From contig CABZLG010000002.1 of assembly GCA_902526535.1 (NCBI GenBank), positions 28,017-92,016 of the forward strand: a stretch of DNA of 64,000 bases, given 5' to 3'. Position numbers and translations under genes: made by a program. This DNA is from an uncultured SAR86 cluster bacterium. Its GTDB lineage: Bacteria > Pseudomonadota > Gammaproteobacteria > Magnimaribacterales > TMED112. The notes beneath the pieces are model-generated. The model worked only from the letters and a program-made list of their open reading frames with translations. It was not told the origin of the DNA and ran no database searches. Below are positions 10,692 through 20,068 of this stretch, in pieces (the first letter of the stretch is position 1; the number at the start of each line of letters is the position of its first letter).

Positions 10692-11932
10692 GAATTATAC
10701 CTTTCCATTCTTCGAGAAGTATTTAATGAAGTAACAGTGAAATCTATAGCTGGAGCTAAAAGATTTGCAAAAAGAATTGCAAGCATCATTCCCTCTGGAA
10801 ATGCAGGGTTAATGACTCTTATCAATACAACAATAACTCCTATCGAAATTCCATAAATCCATCTTCCTGTGTTTGTATTTGCAGCACTTACTGGCTCTGT
10901 TGCCATATACACCAATCCAAAGGCAAAGCTTCCAATTGTTAAATGCCAATACCAAGGAATTGCGAACATAGGGTTAGTCTCTGAACCAATTAAGTTAAGA
11001 GTACTACTCATTACAATCATACCTGCCAAAGTTCCAAAAATAATTCGCCAAGATGCGATTTTGGTGTAAACCATATATGCTCCAGCGAGAAGAATTAAAA
11101 ATGTTGAAGTTTCACCTATCGATCCAGGGATTTGTCCAAAAAAAGATTGCCCCCATGAAAAATTACTATTAATTCCATTCATTCCCTCTAGCGCTGCTAC
11201 ACCAAGTGCTGTTGCCCCAGAATAACCATCGACTGATCCATTATCAGCAAGACCTGCAACCCAAACCATATCTCCAGATAGTTCAGTTGGATATGCAAAA
11301 TAAATAAACGCTCTACCAGTTAGAGCTGGATTTAAAAAGTTCTTTCCTGTTCCACCAAAAAGTTCTTTACCAACTACTATTCCAAAAGCAATTCCACTTG
11401 CTGCTTGCCACAAGGGAATATCTGGAGGACAACTTAGTGAAAATAGAACAGTTGAAACAAATGCACCTTCATTAATTTCATGTCTTCTTATTGTGGAAAA
11501 AATTGCTTCGCATGCTATGCCTGTAATAAATACAGTTAGATAAATTGGAACGAAATAAACCATACCAAACCAAAACCTATGTAAATGGTTTGTGGGATCT
11601 GTGCCGACAAGTTGAATAAGACTGTTATGCCAATCACCTGTTGTTGAAAAACCACCGCTATCTAAATAATCTAGACCAAAATAACCCATGTTATACATTC
11701 CCCAGAACATTGCTGGGAATGTTGCAAGCCATACAACAACCATTACTCTCTGAACATCGATTCTATCTCTGATGTGAGTTTTTCCAGTTGTCGCAACTTT
11801 AGATGAAAAAAAGAAGTTTTGAACTACCTCATACAGGTAGAAAAAAGTATTACTTTTCTGTGGTCTATTTCTGTCAAAAAAGCTCTCTAAAAATTTCAAG
11901 AATTTTCCTCCTTCCAAATATCTTCTATACAA
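10688..11932 (-). CDS. nqrB: Na+-NQR subunit B
   Basis: 414-aa polytopic protein with the FMN attachment motif VDGYSGATALG. The start is uncertain because the ORF overlaps nqrA by 37 nt. Confidence 0.9.
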   Translation of the reverse strand: MYRRYLEGGKFLKFLESFFDRNRPQKSNTFFYLYEVVQNFFFSSKVATTGKTHIRDRIDVQRVMVVVWLATFPAMFWGMYNMGYFGLDYLDSGGFSTTGDWHNSLIQLVGTDPTNHLHRFWFGMVYFVPIYLTVFITGIACEAIFSTIRRHEINEGAFVSTVLFSLSCPPDIPLWQAASGIAFGIVVGKELFGGTGKNFLNPALTGRAFIYFAYPTELSGDMVWVAGLADNGSVDGYSGATALGVAALEGMNGINSNFSWGQSFFGQIPGSIGETSTFLILLAGAYMVYTKIASWRIIFGTLAGMIVMSSTLNLIGSETNPMFAIPWYWHLTIGSFAFGLVYMATEPVSAANTNTGRWIYGISIGVIVVLIRVINPAFPEGMMLAILFANLLAPAIDFTVTSLNTSRRMERYNS

Positions 11933-13212
11933 TCTTTAAATAGTGCCACATAGTCATATTTACTAGGGCAAACATATGAAAAAACACTCATATCTTCAGG
12001 AATCAAATCAAAAATACCTAATTCTCGAAGCGCAACAAGATCTCCTACTGCTAAAGATTTTAAAAATAATGTTGGGTCAATATCAAAAACGTTAACCTCA
12101 TCAAAGACACCTATAGGCACAATAGCTCTGTATCCTCCATTTACATTTGTATCAAAATCATAATTTTCAGGCTTTGAAATGCTTGAGAAGAATACATTTG
12201 TAGCGCTGTGATCTTTTTCACCTAATTTTAGCCAATTGAAAAGGTTTGCCTTCCTTTCGTCTGAAATTATAGTCACCTGATCAGAGTGTCTCAAAAGATA
12301 GCTAGTGTAACTGTCTCCAGATGTACCATATAATGCACTTCCAGAAATAAGTCTGCTCTCTTTACTTGCATTCCCAGCTGTTATTTCAGTTAAACTTGCT
12401 CCAGAGATAGTTTTGAATAGTTTTGGTTCTATACAGGCAGAACCTGTAACGCTCACATATTTTTCAAAACAATAACTTTTGGTGGAAATATACTTTCCAA
12501 TTCTTATTACATCCTGCCAGCTAATAGTCCAAGTTTTTTTACTTTTTCTTATTGGACAAATTTTATTGATATGAGCAGAACTATTACCACTTGGGTATTT
12601 CCCACTTATCAAAAATTTTTCTACATTATCACTAGCAGTTTCTATTTCTTCATTGCAACATAAAAATACAGTATCCTCTGCAAGTTTCTCCAGCACATCA
12701 AGTCCCAAATTGAAAAATTTGTTTTCGTTTGAAATTATGAGATTAGGGCATAATTCAAGCGAGTCTTTTCTACAACAATTTACAAAAATATAGTTTGGCT
12801 TTGAATTAATATTTGGCACCCTATCAAACGGTCTTTCTCTGAAGCTATCCCAAAGCCCTGCATTATTTAAATCCTCACCTATATCACCACTTATATTTAA
12901 TTCAAAAAGAGTATTTTTTTTGTCATTTTCTATCTCAACAGATATTAAAGCTCTTTTTTCGCCTCTATTTACTGCGCATATTGTTCCACTCACCGGAGAG
13001 ATAATTTTAAATCCTTGATTTGTCTTATCTTCAATAATTGGTTGACCAACTCTTACTTGATCACCTTCAGACAGTAAAAATTTTGGCTTAAGACCAAAAT
13101 AATCCTCGCTTAAAATTCCTATAAATTTTGGCTCTAAATCTTCAGCTGTGAATTTTTTTACAGAGCCAGAAAGAGGTATATTCAATCCCCCTTTTAACTT
13201 TATTTCTTTCAT
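11896..13212 (-). CDS. nqrA: Na+-NQR subunit A
   Basis: 438-aa soluble subunit. MKEIKLKGGLNIPLSG...SPVSGTICAVNRGEKRALISVEIE is colinear with Vibrio NqrA as remembered. Its ATG directly follows the gap TAA. Confidence 0.9.
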   Translation of the reverse strand: MKEIKLKGGLNIPLSGSVKKFTAEDLEPKFIGILSEDYFGLKPKFLLSEGDQVRVGQPIIEDKTNQGFKIISPVSGTICAVNRGEKRALISVEIENDKKNTLFELNISGDIGEDLNNAGLWDSFRERPFDRVPNINSKPNYIFVNCCRKDSLELCPNLIISNENKFFNLGLDVLEKLAEDTVFLCCNEEIETASDNVEKFLISGKYPSGNSSAHINKICPIRKSKKTWTISWQDVIRIGKYISTKSYCFEKYVSVTGSACIEPKLFKTISGASLTEITAGNASKESRLISGSALYGTSGDSYTSYLLRHSDQVTIISDERKANLFNWLKLGEKDHSATNVFFSSISKPENYDFDTNVNGGYRAIVPIGVFDEVNVFDIDPTLFLKSLAVGDLVALRELGIFDLIPEDMSVFSYVCPSKYDYVALFKDCIEDIWKEENS

Positions 13213-14685
13213 TTATTGTTTTGGATATCTTACCAGGTTAACGTCTAATACTTTTTTCAAAAGCCTCACAACCTGTCTGCTGTAACCATACTCATTATCA
13301 TACCAACAGTAAATAGTCACATTGTTAAAATTACTAATTGTTGCTTGAGAGTCATAAATTAAAGCAAATTCATTGCTGTAATAGTCTGAAGATACAGCAT
13401 CTATGGAGTTTGAGTAGTCAATGGTTTCTCTTAAATTTGAACTAAATGCCGCTTTTCTAAAACATTCATTAACCTCATCCACACCAACACCTCTTTTAAC
13501 TGTCAAGCTTATTATCGCAAGACTAACATTCGGAGTTGGAACCCTTATGGCATTTGCTGTAATTTTTCCTTTTAGTTCAGGAAGAATTTTAGCTACAGCT
13601 TTAGCAGCACCCGTATCTGTAATTACAAGATTTAAAGCAGCACTTCTTCCTCTTCGGTCAGATGGGTGGAAATTGTCAATTAAATTTTGATCATTTGTAA
13701 ATGAGTGAACTGTTTCAATGTGACCGTTTACAATTTTAAAATTATCATCGATAAGTTTTAGGGCAGGAACTATGGCATTTGTAGTGCACGATGCTGCTGC
13801 GAGTATTTTATCTTCAGGAGAAGCCTTATCATCATTAACTCCAAAAACAATATTCTTAATTTTACCTTTCCCAGGAGCAGTTAATAACACTCTTTCAACG
13901 CTTGGGTTTTTTACATGTTGTGAGAGTCCATCTTCATCTCTCCAGACTCCTGTGCTATCTATAACAGTCGCTCTTTTAATATCAAAATCTTTGTATTTGA
14001 CTTTATTTGGATTGTCTGAGTATATAAACGAAACTTCATTTCCATTTATTATCAATGAATTATTTTGTTTGTTCACTCTTATAGTTCCTGGAAATGCACC
14101 ATGAACGCTGTCATTTCTCAATAAACCGGCTCTTTTTATAAGATCATCATCATGTTCAGAATCTCTTAAAACAATTGCTCTAAGCCTCCATTTTGCTCCT
14201 GCACCAGTATCACTTATAAGTATTCTTGTTAAGATCCTTCCAATTCTTCCAAAACCATAAATAACAATATCTTTTGGCCTTAAAGGATAAGATCTTTTTG
14301 TTCTTTTTTGTTCTGCAAGACAACTGTCAACAAACTTTTCTGAATCAAGTTGTTTATTCTCCAAAAGATGTACAACCATTTCACCGATATCTATTTCACA
14401 CGCAATTAATTTCATTTTTGAAATTTGCTCGAGGACTGGATAGGTTTCAATCTCACTAAGCTCGTTTCCTTCGACCTCTCTAACGAATCTATGTAATTTC
14501 ATTATTTCCAGAGCAGAGCAATTTAACAGGGGGCGTCCATACATTAAAATACGTATACCATTTCGATACAGTTTACCGACTATAGGAACCATAGATTCTG
14601 CAAGTGCTTCTCTCCACTTCCAGTCACCAAAGTAATCATCTACCTTTGGCCTTCTTCGTTTATCTGGATTGAATCTTTTGACCAA
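13213..14685 (-). CDS. gap: glyceraldehyde-3-phosphate dehydrogenase, long-form (~490 aa) type with N-terminal extension
   Basis: Catalytic ASCTTNA, Rossmann motif YGFGRIGR and the extension WREALAESMVPIVGKLYRN, as in pseudomonad Gap2-type enzymes, which also sit next to nqrA. The start is probably the TTG at 14685, since there is no upstream ATG. Confidence 0.8.
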   Translation of the reverse strand: MVKRFNPDKRRRPKVDDYFGDWKWREALAESMVPIVGKLYRNGIRILMYGRPLLNCSALEIMKLHRFVREVEGNELSEIETYPVLEQISKMKLIACEIDIGEMVVHLLENKQLDSEKFVDSCLAEQKRTKRSYPLRPKDIVIYGFGRIGRILTRILISDTGAGAKWRLRAIVLRDSEHDDDLIKRAGLLRNDSVHGAFPGTIRVNKQNNSLIINGNEVSFIYSDNPNKVKYKDFDIKRATVIDSTGVWRDEDGLSQHVKNPSVERVLLTAPGKGKIKNIVFGVNDDKASPEDKILAAASCTTNAIVPALKLIDDNFKIVNGHIETVHSFTNDQNLIDNFHPSDRRGRSAALNLVITDTGAAKAVAKILPELKGKITANAIRVPTPNVSLAIISLTVKRGVGVDEVNECFRKAAFSSNLRETIDYSNSIDAVSSDYYSNEFALIYDSQATISNFNNVTIYCWYDNEYGYSRQVVRLLKKVLDVNLVRYPKQ

Positions 14686-14687
14686 AA

Positions 14688-15770
14688 CTAACTATTTATG
14701 TACTTCTGAAGATAAAAGTCAGAGCTACCAAAAATATTTGCTATAACCATTAATCTTTTAAGGTAATGACCAACAGACATTTCTTCAGTAACACCCATAC
14801 CACCATGAAGTTGAACAGCCTCCTCTCCAACAAGTTTACCTGATTTTGAAATTTGATTTTTCAACCCATAGATAAGCTTAGTTTTTTCATCTTTATCTTC
14901 TGTTGCAAGAACCTTCAGAAGAAAGGATTTCGTATATTCAGTTTCCATAAACATATCAACCATTCTGTGTTGTAGGGCCTGAAATTTTGAGAGTGGTGAA
15001 CCAAATTGTTCTCTTTGTTGTGTGTATTCAATAGTCAGCCTATAACATTTCTCCATAGCACCAATAGCTTCAGCTGAAATACATACAATTGCATCTTTTA
15101 TTACCTCTTCTAGGTTATTTAGCGCATCTTTTTCTTGGATTACTGCTTCTGGTTTACAATCTTTAAAAGTAAGTTCACCAGACACAAATCCATCATAAGT
15201 TTTATAACTCTTTATAGTTAAACCTTCAGTATTTTTTGAAACTAGTGAGAAACAAAAATCATCAACTTTTTTTGAAAAAACTATAAAGTAATCTGCGTTT
15301 GGAGCATTTAAAACAGTTGATTTAGAACCATTTAGTAGACCCTTATCATCTAAAGCTGTTTCAATGTTTTCTAAGTTATACCCTTTTTCTGGTTCGTAAT
15401 TTGCTAGGGAAAATTGCTTTTCCCCACTAACAATAGAAGATAGATATTCATCTTTTTTATCAAAACCAGATCTTTTCAAGACTCCGCCAGCTAGGACTAC
15501 ATTAGCCAAATATGGCTCAACCACTATCGATTTACCAAACTCTTCAAAGAGGATACTTAAATCTAAGACATCCCCACCAAGACCTCCAAGCTCCTCATCA
15601 AAAGGAACAGCAAGCCAACCTAAATCCGCAAATAATTTCCAGTGCTCTTTACTGAAACCACTGTCAGAATTTACAGACTTCATTCTGGTTTCAAAGTCAT
15701 AATCTGAAGTACAAAACCTTGAAACACTATCTCGAAGAAGATTTTGTTCGTCAGAATAATTTAGATTCAT
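14688..15770 (-). CDS. acyl-CoA dehydrogenase family protein, short and with a degenerate first signature (candidate non-catalytic partner subunit)
   Basis: 360 aa. The ACAD fold is evident (QLHGGMGVTEEMSVGHYLKR), but the first signature region reads LANYEPEKGYN and the C-terminus reads IFGSSDFYLQ. Confidence 0.8.
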   Translation of the reverse strand: MNLNYSDEQNLLRDSVSRFCTSDYDFETRMKSVNSDSGFSKEHWKLFADLGWLAVPFDEELGGLGGDVLDLSILFEEFGKSIVVEPYLANVVLAGGVLKRSGFDKKDEYLSSIVSGEKQFSLANYEPEKGYNLENIETALDDKGLLNGSKSTVLNAPNADYFIVFSKKVDDFCFSLVSKNTEGLTIKSYKTYDGFVSGELTFKDCKPEAVIQEKDALNNLEEVIKDAIVCISAEAIGAMEKCYRLTIEYTQQREQFGSPLSKFQALQHRMVDMFMETEYTKSFLLKVLATEDKDEKTKLIYGLKNQISKSGKLVGEEAVQLHGGMGVTEEMSVGHYLKRLMVIANIFGSSDFYLQKYINS

Positions 15771-15773
15771 ACC

Positions 15774-16964
15774 TTACAAGCCCAATACAGCTTTAGCTAT
15801 TATATTTTTTTGAATTTCATTTGTTCCACCATAAATGGTAACTTTCCTAAAGTTCAAATATTTTGCAGCCGTAAGTTGAGCTGCTTTTGGAGACGACACC
15901 TCCTGATCTTTGAAGCCATATGGTCCTCCAAAAGGAAGAGCCTCATGACCAGCAGCTTCAAGAGCCAGAGATGTCAATCTTTGTTGAAGTTCAGTTCCCT
16001 TTATTTTCAACAAAGAAGACTCTGCACCAGGACCTTTACCTTCTCTTTCTGCTGCAAGACCTCTTAGTTCTGTCATTTCCAAAGCACTAAGATCTAATTC
16101 TATTTGTGCAACTTTCGTTTTAAAGAAAGGATCTTCTGATAAAGGACTATCATTGTGAAAGATCTTTTCTGCTCTCTTAACTAAACCTCTAAGGCCTCTT
16201 CTTAATTGTGGCGCTCCAGCAATTGATGTTCTTTCATGAAAAAGTAAGAATTTTGCATAAGTCCATCCCTGACCAGCTTCCCCAACAACATTCTCAGCAG
16301 GCACTCTAACATTATCAAACCAAATCTCATTAACTTCGTGATCACCATCTATGGTAATTATTGGTTTAACACTTACCCCAGGAGTTTTCATATCAACAAG
16401 TATGAATGTAATACCTTCTTGTTTTTTACCCGAGTCATCTGTTCGAACAAGAACAAATATCCAGTCAGCATGTTGTCCTAATGTTGTCCAAGTTTTTTGT
16501 CCATTTATTACATATTCATCACCATCTTTTTCTGCTTTACACTTTAAAGATGCTAAATCCGATCCTGAACCTGGCTCTGAGTATCCCTGACACCACCAAT
16601 CGTCAAAATTTAATATTCTTGGTAAGAAATAATCTTTTTGTTTTTGAGAACCAAATGTCCAAATTACTGGAGCAACCATTTGAAGACCAAATGGTATAAA
16701 CATTGGGCAGCCTTCCATCGCTAACTCTCTAAGATAGATGTATTTTTTTGTAGCATCCCAGCCAGTACCACCGTGTTCTACAGGCCATGAATGTCCCATC
16801 CATCCTTTTTTTGCAACAACCTTGTGCCACTCTACAATCTCATCCCTTGTTAAATCATCCCCATTATCCATCTTTTCTTTGATGTGTTTTGGGTACTCCT
16901 TATCAAGAAATTCTCTGACTTCACTCTGGAAGTCCAAGTCTTCTTTAGAAAAATTTAGATCCAT
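15774..16964 (-). CDS. acyl-CoA dehydrogenase family protein
   Basis: 396 aa with the first ACAD signature CQGYSEPGSGSD, INGQKTWTT and the C-terminal IYGGTNEIQKNII. Confidence 0.88.
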   Translation of the reverse strand: MDLNFSKEDLDFQSEVREFLDKEYPKHIKEKMDNGDDLTRDEIVEWHKVVAKKGWMGHSWPVEHGGTGWDATKKYIYLRELAMEGCPMFIPFGLQMVAPVIWTFGSQKQKDYFLPRILNFDDWWCQGYSEPGSGSDLASLKCKAEKDGDEYVINGQKTWTTLGQHADWIFVLVRTDDSGKKQEGITFILVDMKTPGVSVKPIITIDGDHEVNEIWFDNVRVPAENVVGEAGQGWTYAKFLLFHERTSIAGAPQLRRGLRGLVKRAEKIFHNDSPLSEDPFFKTKVAQIELDLSALEMTELRGLAAEREGKGPGAESSLLKIKGTELQQRLTSLALEAAGHEALPFGGPYGFKDQEVSSPKAAQLTAAKYLNFRKVTIYGGTNEIQKNIIAKAVLGL

Positions 16965-17060
16965 ATTTCACCCTATTTCTTTTATGTATATTTATATACT
17001 ATATAGCTAATTTTATTTATTGGGATTTTTGAGAAAAATCCTATTGGTATTAAAAACTTT

Positions 17061-17555
17061 ATGGCCCTTTTTTTCAAGTTAATAGCTATTTTTTTATTCT
17101 TATCTTTATACACCAATGCAGAAGATAACGAGCAGAAAATATTAGTCGAAGTAAATTTTTTTAATTGGAAAAACTCAAATACCACAGAAACTTTTGAAAA
17201 TTATGAGGAATTGAGGATTTTAGATCCTTTTGTTGATTTGAGAAAAATTGAAATTAAGGATTTTCAAAGCTCCTTTGAGGGGAATATAGACAAAATTGAG
17301 AATGCATCATTCTTGCGTTCAGTAGCTTGGACGCAACAAATTGAAGAACCTGAAACATCAAAGTTTGTCAAAATAACGCCATTTTTTGAAAACTGTTTCA
17401 TCAAGGTCTACAAATCTAGATTTTTAAGATTAGTAGTGAAATGTGCCTCTACAGACGGGTTTACAATCAATAGTTCTTCAAAAGCAGAACTGGGAAGAAC
17501 ATATTATTTTGATCATCCTACGTTCGGTATATTGATCTCTTTACAACAGCAATAG
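17061..17555 (+). CDS. secreted hypothetical protein, tentatively CsiV/DUF2803-like
   Basis: 164 aa with the signal peptide MALFFKLIAIFLFLSLYTNA. The C-terminal YYFDHPTFGILISL resembles the DHPxFG motif I associate with the CsiV family. This recognition is from memory only. Confidence 0.5.
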   Translation: MALFFKLIAIFLFLSLYTNAEDNEQKILVEVNFFNWKNSNTTETFENYEELRILDPFVDLRKIEIKDFQSSFEGNIDKIENASFLRSVAWTQQIEEPETSKFVKITPFFENCFIKVYKSRFLRLVVKCASTDGFTINSSSKAELGRTYYFDHPTFGILISLQQQ

Positions 17556-17557
17556 TA

Positions 17558-18136
17558 TTATTTGTAGTAGGCATTTTCGTTATTGGAGTGATCTGTTACG
17601 TCCCTTACTCCCTTAAGCTCAGGAACTTTTTCAGTAAGAGTTTTTTCTATACCTTCTTTTAGTGTTACATCTACCATACCACATCCCTGACAGCCACCAC
17701 CAAATTGAAGAATTGCATACTTGTCGTCTGTAATTTCTTGAAGGTGTACATTTCCTCCATGTGAAGCTAGTTGTGGATTTATTTCGTCGTACAGAATGTA
17801 ATTCACTTTATCCTCTAAACTGGCATCTTCACCAATTTTTGGAACTCTTGAACTTGGAGCCTTTATTGTGAGTTGGCCACCAAAGTTATCTTTATCATAG
17901 TTAACTTCTGCATCATCAAGGTAAGGTAAGCTTTTTTCCTCAATAAAAAGAATAAATTTTTTAAATTTAATTTTTGCATCGGTGGGCTCGGACTCATCTT
18001 TTTTACAAAAAGCTAAACATGTTTCAGCTCTAGGTGTTCCTGGCTCCGATACAAATATTCTTATATTACAATCAAAGTCTTTCTTTTCAATGAGCTCAGA
18101 TAAGTACTCTTCTGCATTTTGCGTTACATTAATCAT
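17558..18136 (-). CDS. nfuA: Fe-S cluster biogenesis protein NfuA
   Basis: 192 aa with an N-terminal degenerate A-type domain and a C-terminal Nfu domain containing GGGCQGCGM. Confidence 0.88.
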   Translation of the reverse strand: MINVTQNAEEYLSELIEKKDFDCNIRIFVSEPGTPRAETCLAFCKKDESEPTDAKIKFKKFILFIEEKSLPYLDDAEVNYDKDNFGGQLTIKAPSSRVPKIGEDASLEDKVNYILYDEINPQLASHGGNVHLQEITDDKYAILQFGGGCQGCGMVDVTLKEGIEKTLTEKVPELKGVRDVTDHSNNENAYYK

Positions 18137-18157
18137 ATGTATTAATATAGTTCTTAA

Positions 18158-18322
18158 ATGGGAATAATAAACGATTTTCTATCTATTTTAGCAGGAGTTG
18201 GTAAAAGAGACTCTTTAGAGAAATTTATTCAGAAAGGTTTTTTTAGAGCTTTAGTTATCGGAGCAACTATACTATTCTCTTTTGTCAGTATTATTTTGCT
18301 AATAGTAAATTTAATTATCTAA
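18158..18322 (+). CDS. possible 54-aa tail-anchored membrane peptide
   Basis: Own translation gives [54 protein letters not shown]. The ORF fills nearly the whole 182-nt nfuA/etfA spacer in a genome with almost no spacers. I see no obvious Shine-Dalgarno sequence and recognise no family. Confidence 0.25.
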   Translation: MGIINDFLSILAGVGKRDSLEKFIQKGFFRALVIGATILFSFVSIILLIVNLII

Positions 18323-19254
18323 AGTTTTGACTCAAGCTCTGGCAAAGCTTCAAAAAGATCAGCTACTAGACCATAATCAGCAACCTTGAATATCGGTGCT
18401 TCTTCGTCTTTGTTAATGGCAACAATAGTTTTCGAGTCTTTCATACCAGCTAAATGTTGTATTGCTCCTGATATTCCGACAGCTACATATAAATTAGGAG
18501 CTACTGATTTACCTGTTTGCCCAACTTGGTAATCATTTGGTGCAAAACCTGAATCAACTGCTGCCCTTGAAGCTCCTATGGCAGCATTTAGTTTTGTTGC
18601 TATTCCATCCAGGAGTTTAAAGTTATCTGAATTTTGCATACCTCTACCTCCAGATACAACAATATCTGCAGATGTTAATTCTGGTCGATCAGATACAGTA
18701 AGTTCATTTTTAACAAATGTAGGCTTATTGCTATTCTTTGTTGGTATGTCTTGTTTAATGAACTCTGGACTTCCACCATCAGCAGTAGTCTTATCGAAAG
18801 AGGTTGTTCTAATTGTAAGAACATTTTTGCTTTGTTCTGTTTTAACTGTTGCTATACATGCTCCTGCATAGATTGGTTTTTTAAAAGTGCTGCCATCCAC
18901 TATTTCTATTACTTCAGATATTTGCTGTATGTCCATAAGGCCTGCAAATCTTGGCATTATGTTTTTGCCAGATGTACTTGAGCTGGCGAGGAAGAAATCA
19001 TAATCATCACTGACAGCAATTAAACAATCTACAATATTCTCAGCGATTTCATTTTCAAATATTTTATCTTCGAAGACATGAACCTTATTAATTGAACTCA
19101 GAGTCAATATTTCTGTTTCTAAGCTACTAATATTTGAAGTTGTTAAAATTAAATCTATATCATCTCCAAGCATTTCAGCAGCCTTTATCACTGAAAGTGT
19201 TGCACTAGATAAAGAATTATTATCGTGTTCTGCAAGTACCAATATTTTTGTCAT
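18319..19254 (-). CDS. etfA: electron transfer flavoprotein alpha subunit
   Basis: 311 aa with VVSGGRG, the C-terminal FAD-binding region [16 protein letters not shown] and DLFEALPEL. Confidence 0.92.
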   Translation of the reverse strand: MTKILVLAEHDNNSLSSATLSVIKAAEMLGDDIDLILTTSNISSLETEILTLSSINKVHVFEDKIFENEIAENIVDCLIAVSDDYDFFLASSSTSGKNIMPRFAGLMDIQQISEVIEIVDGSTFKKPIYAGACIATVKTEQSKNVLTIRTTSFDKTTADGGSPEFIKQDIPTKNSNKPTFVKNELTVSDRPELTSADIVVSGGRGMQNSDNFKLLDGIATKLNAAIGASRAAVDSGFAPNDYQVGQTGKSVAPNLYVAVGISGAIQHLAGMKDSKTIVAINKDEEAPIFKVADYGLVADLFEALPELESKL

Positions 19255-20000
19255 ATTACCTTTACCTCATTTTTTAATTTGTCTACAAGATCGTCAACAT
19301 TATCAACTTTAACACCCTCCTCTCTTTCAGGTGGGGATTCAACCTTGAGTGTTGTGATCGTGTTTTTAACTTCAACGCCTAGCTCTTCAACTGTAAATTC
19401 TTCAAGAGGTTTTCTTTTGGCTTTCATGATATTTGGCAAAGAGGCATATCTTGGTTCGTTAAGTCTTAAATCTGTAGTAATAACAGCCGGCAAGTTTGAA
19501 CTTAGTGTTTCAAGACCTCCATCAATCTCTCTTGTTACCTCGATACTGTCACCATTTAATTCAACTTTTGAAGCAAAAGTTATTTGTGGTAAATTTGTAA
19601 GGGCTGAAAACATTTGTCCTGTTTGATTATGATCTCCGTCAATTCCAACTTTGCCCATAATGACTAAATTAGGTAATTCTCTTTCAAATACCTTCACAAG
19701 AACTTTTGATACATCAAGAGGTTGAAGGCTTTCGTCAGTTTTCACTAGTATGGCTCTGTCAGCCCCTAAAGCTAATGCTGTTCTAAGTTGTTCTTGGTTT
19801 TTTTCGTCTCCAACACTCACTGCAATAATTTCAGTTGCTTTTCCAGCCTCTTTTAATCTTATTGCTTCTTCAAGAGCAATCTCACAAAAAGGGTTTACAG
19901 CCATTTTGACATTTGATAAATCAACATCAGTATTTGCTTGATTTGGTCGGACCTTGACGTTGTAATCGTTTACACGTTTAATTGGAATGAGTATTTTCAT
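19251..20000 (-). CDS. etfB: electron transfer flavoprotein beta subunit
   Basis: 249 aa beginning [18 protein letters not shown], with [11 protein letters not shown]. It overlaps etfA by 4 nt. Confidence 0.92.
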   Translation of the reverse strand: MKILIPIKRVNDYNVKVRPNQANTDVDLSNVKMAVNPFCEIALEEAIRLKEAGKATEIIAVSVGDEKNQEQLRTALALGADRAILVKTDESLQPLDVSKVLVKVFERELPNLVIMGKVGIDGDHNQTGQMFSALTNLPQITFASKVELNGDSIEVTREIDGGLETLSSNLPAVITTDLRLNEPRYASLPNIMKAKRKPLEEFTVEELGVEVKNTITTLKVESPPEREEGVKVDNVDDLVDKLKNEVKVI

Positions 20001-20068
20001 TGTTTTTTTGAATCAAATAACAATATATAGGATAAAGTTTAATTTTAAACAGTAAAGCGTAATTTATT

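Noticed and set aside
16982-17185. 67-aa minus-strand ORF spanning the ACAD/17061 divergent promoter.
   Set aside because: It overlaps the start of the signal-peptide-bearing 17061 gene. It is composed of AT-rich low-complexity codons (K/I/F/N) and has no motif support.
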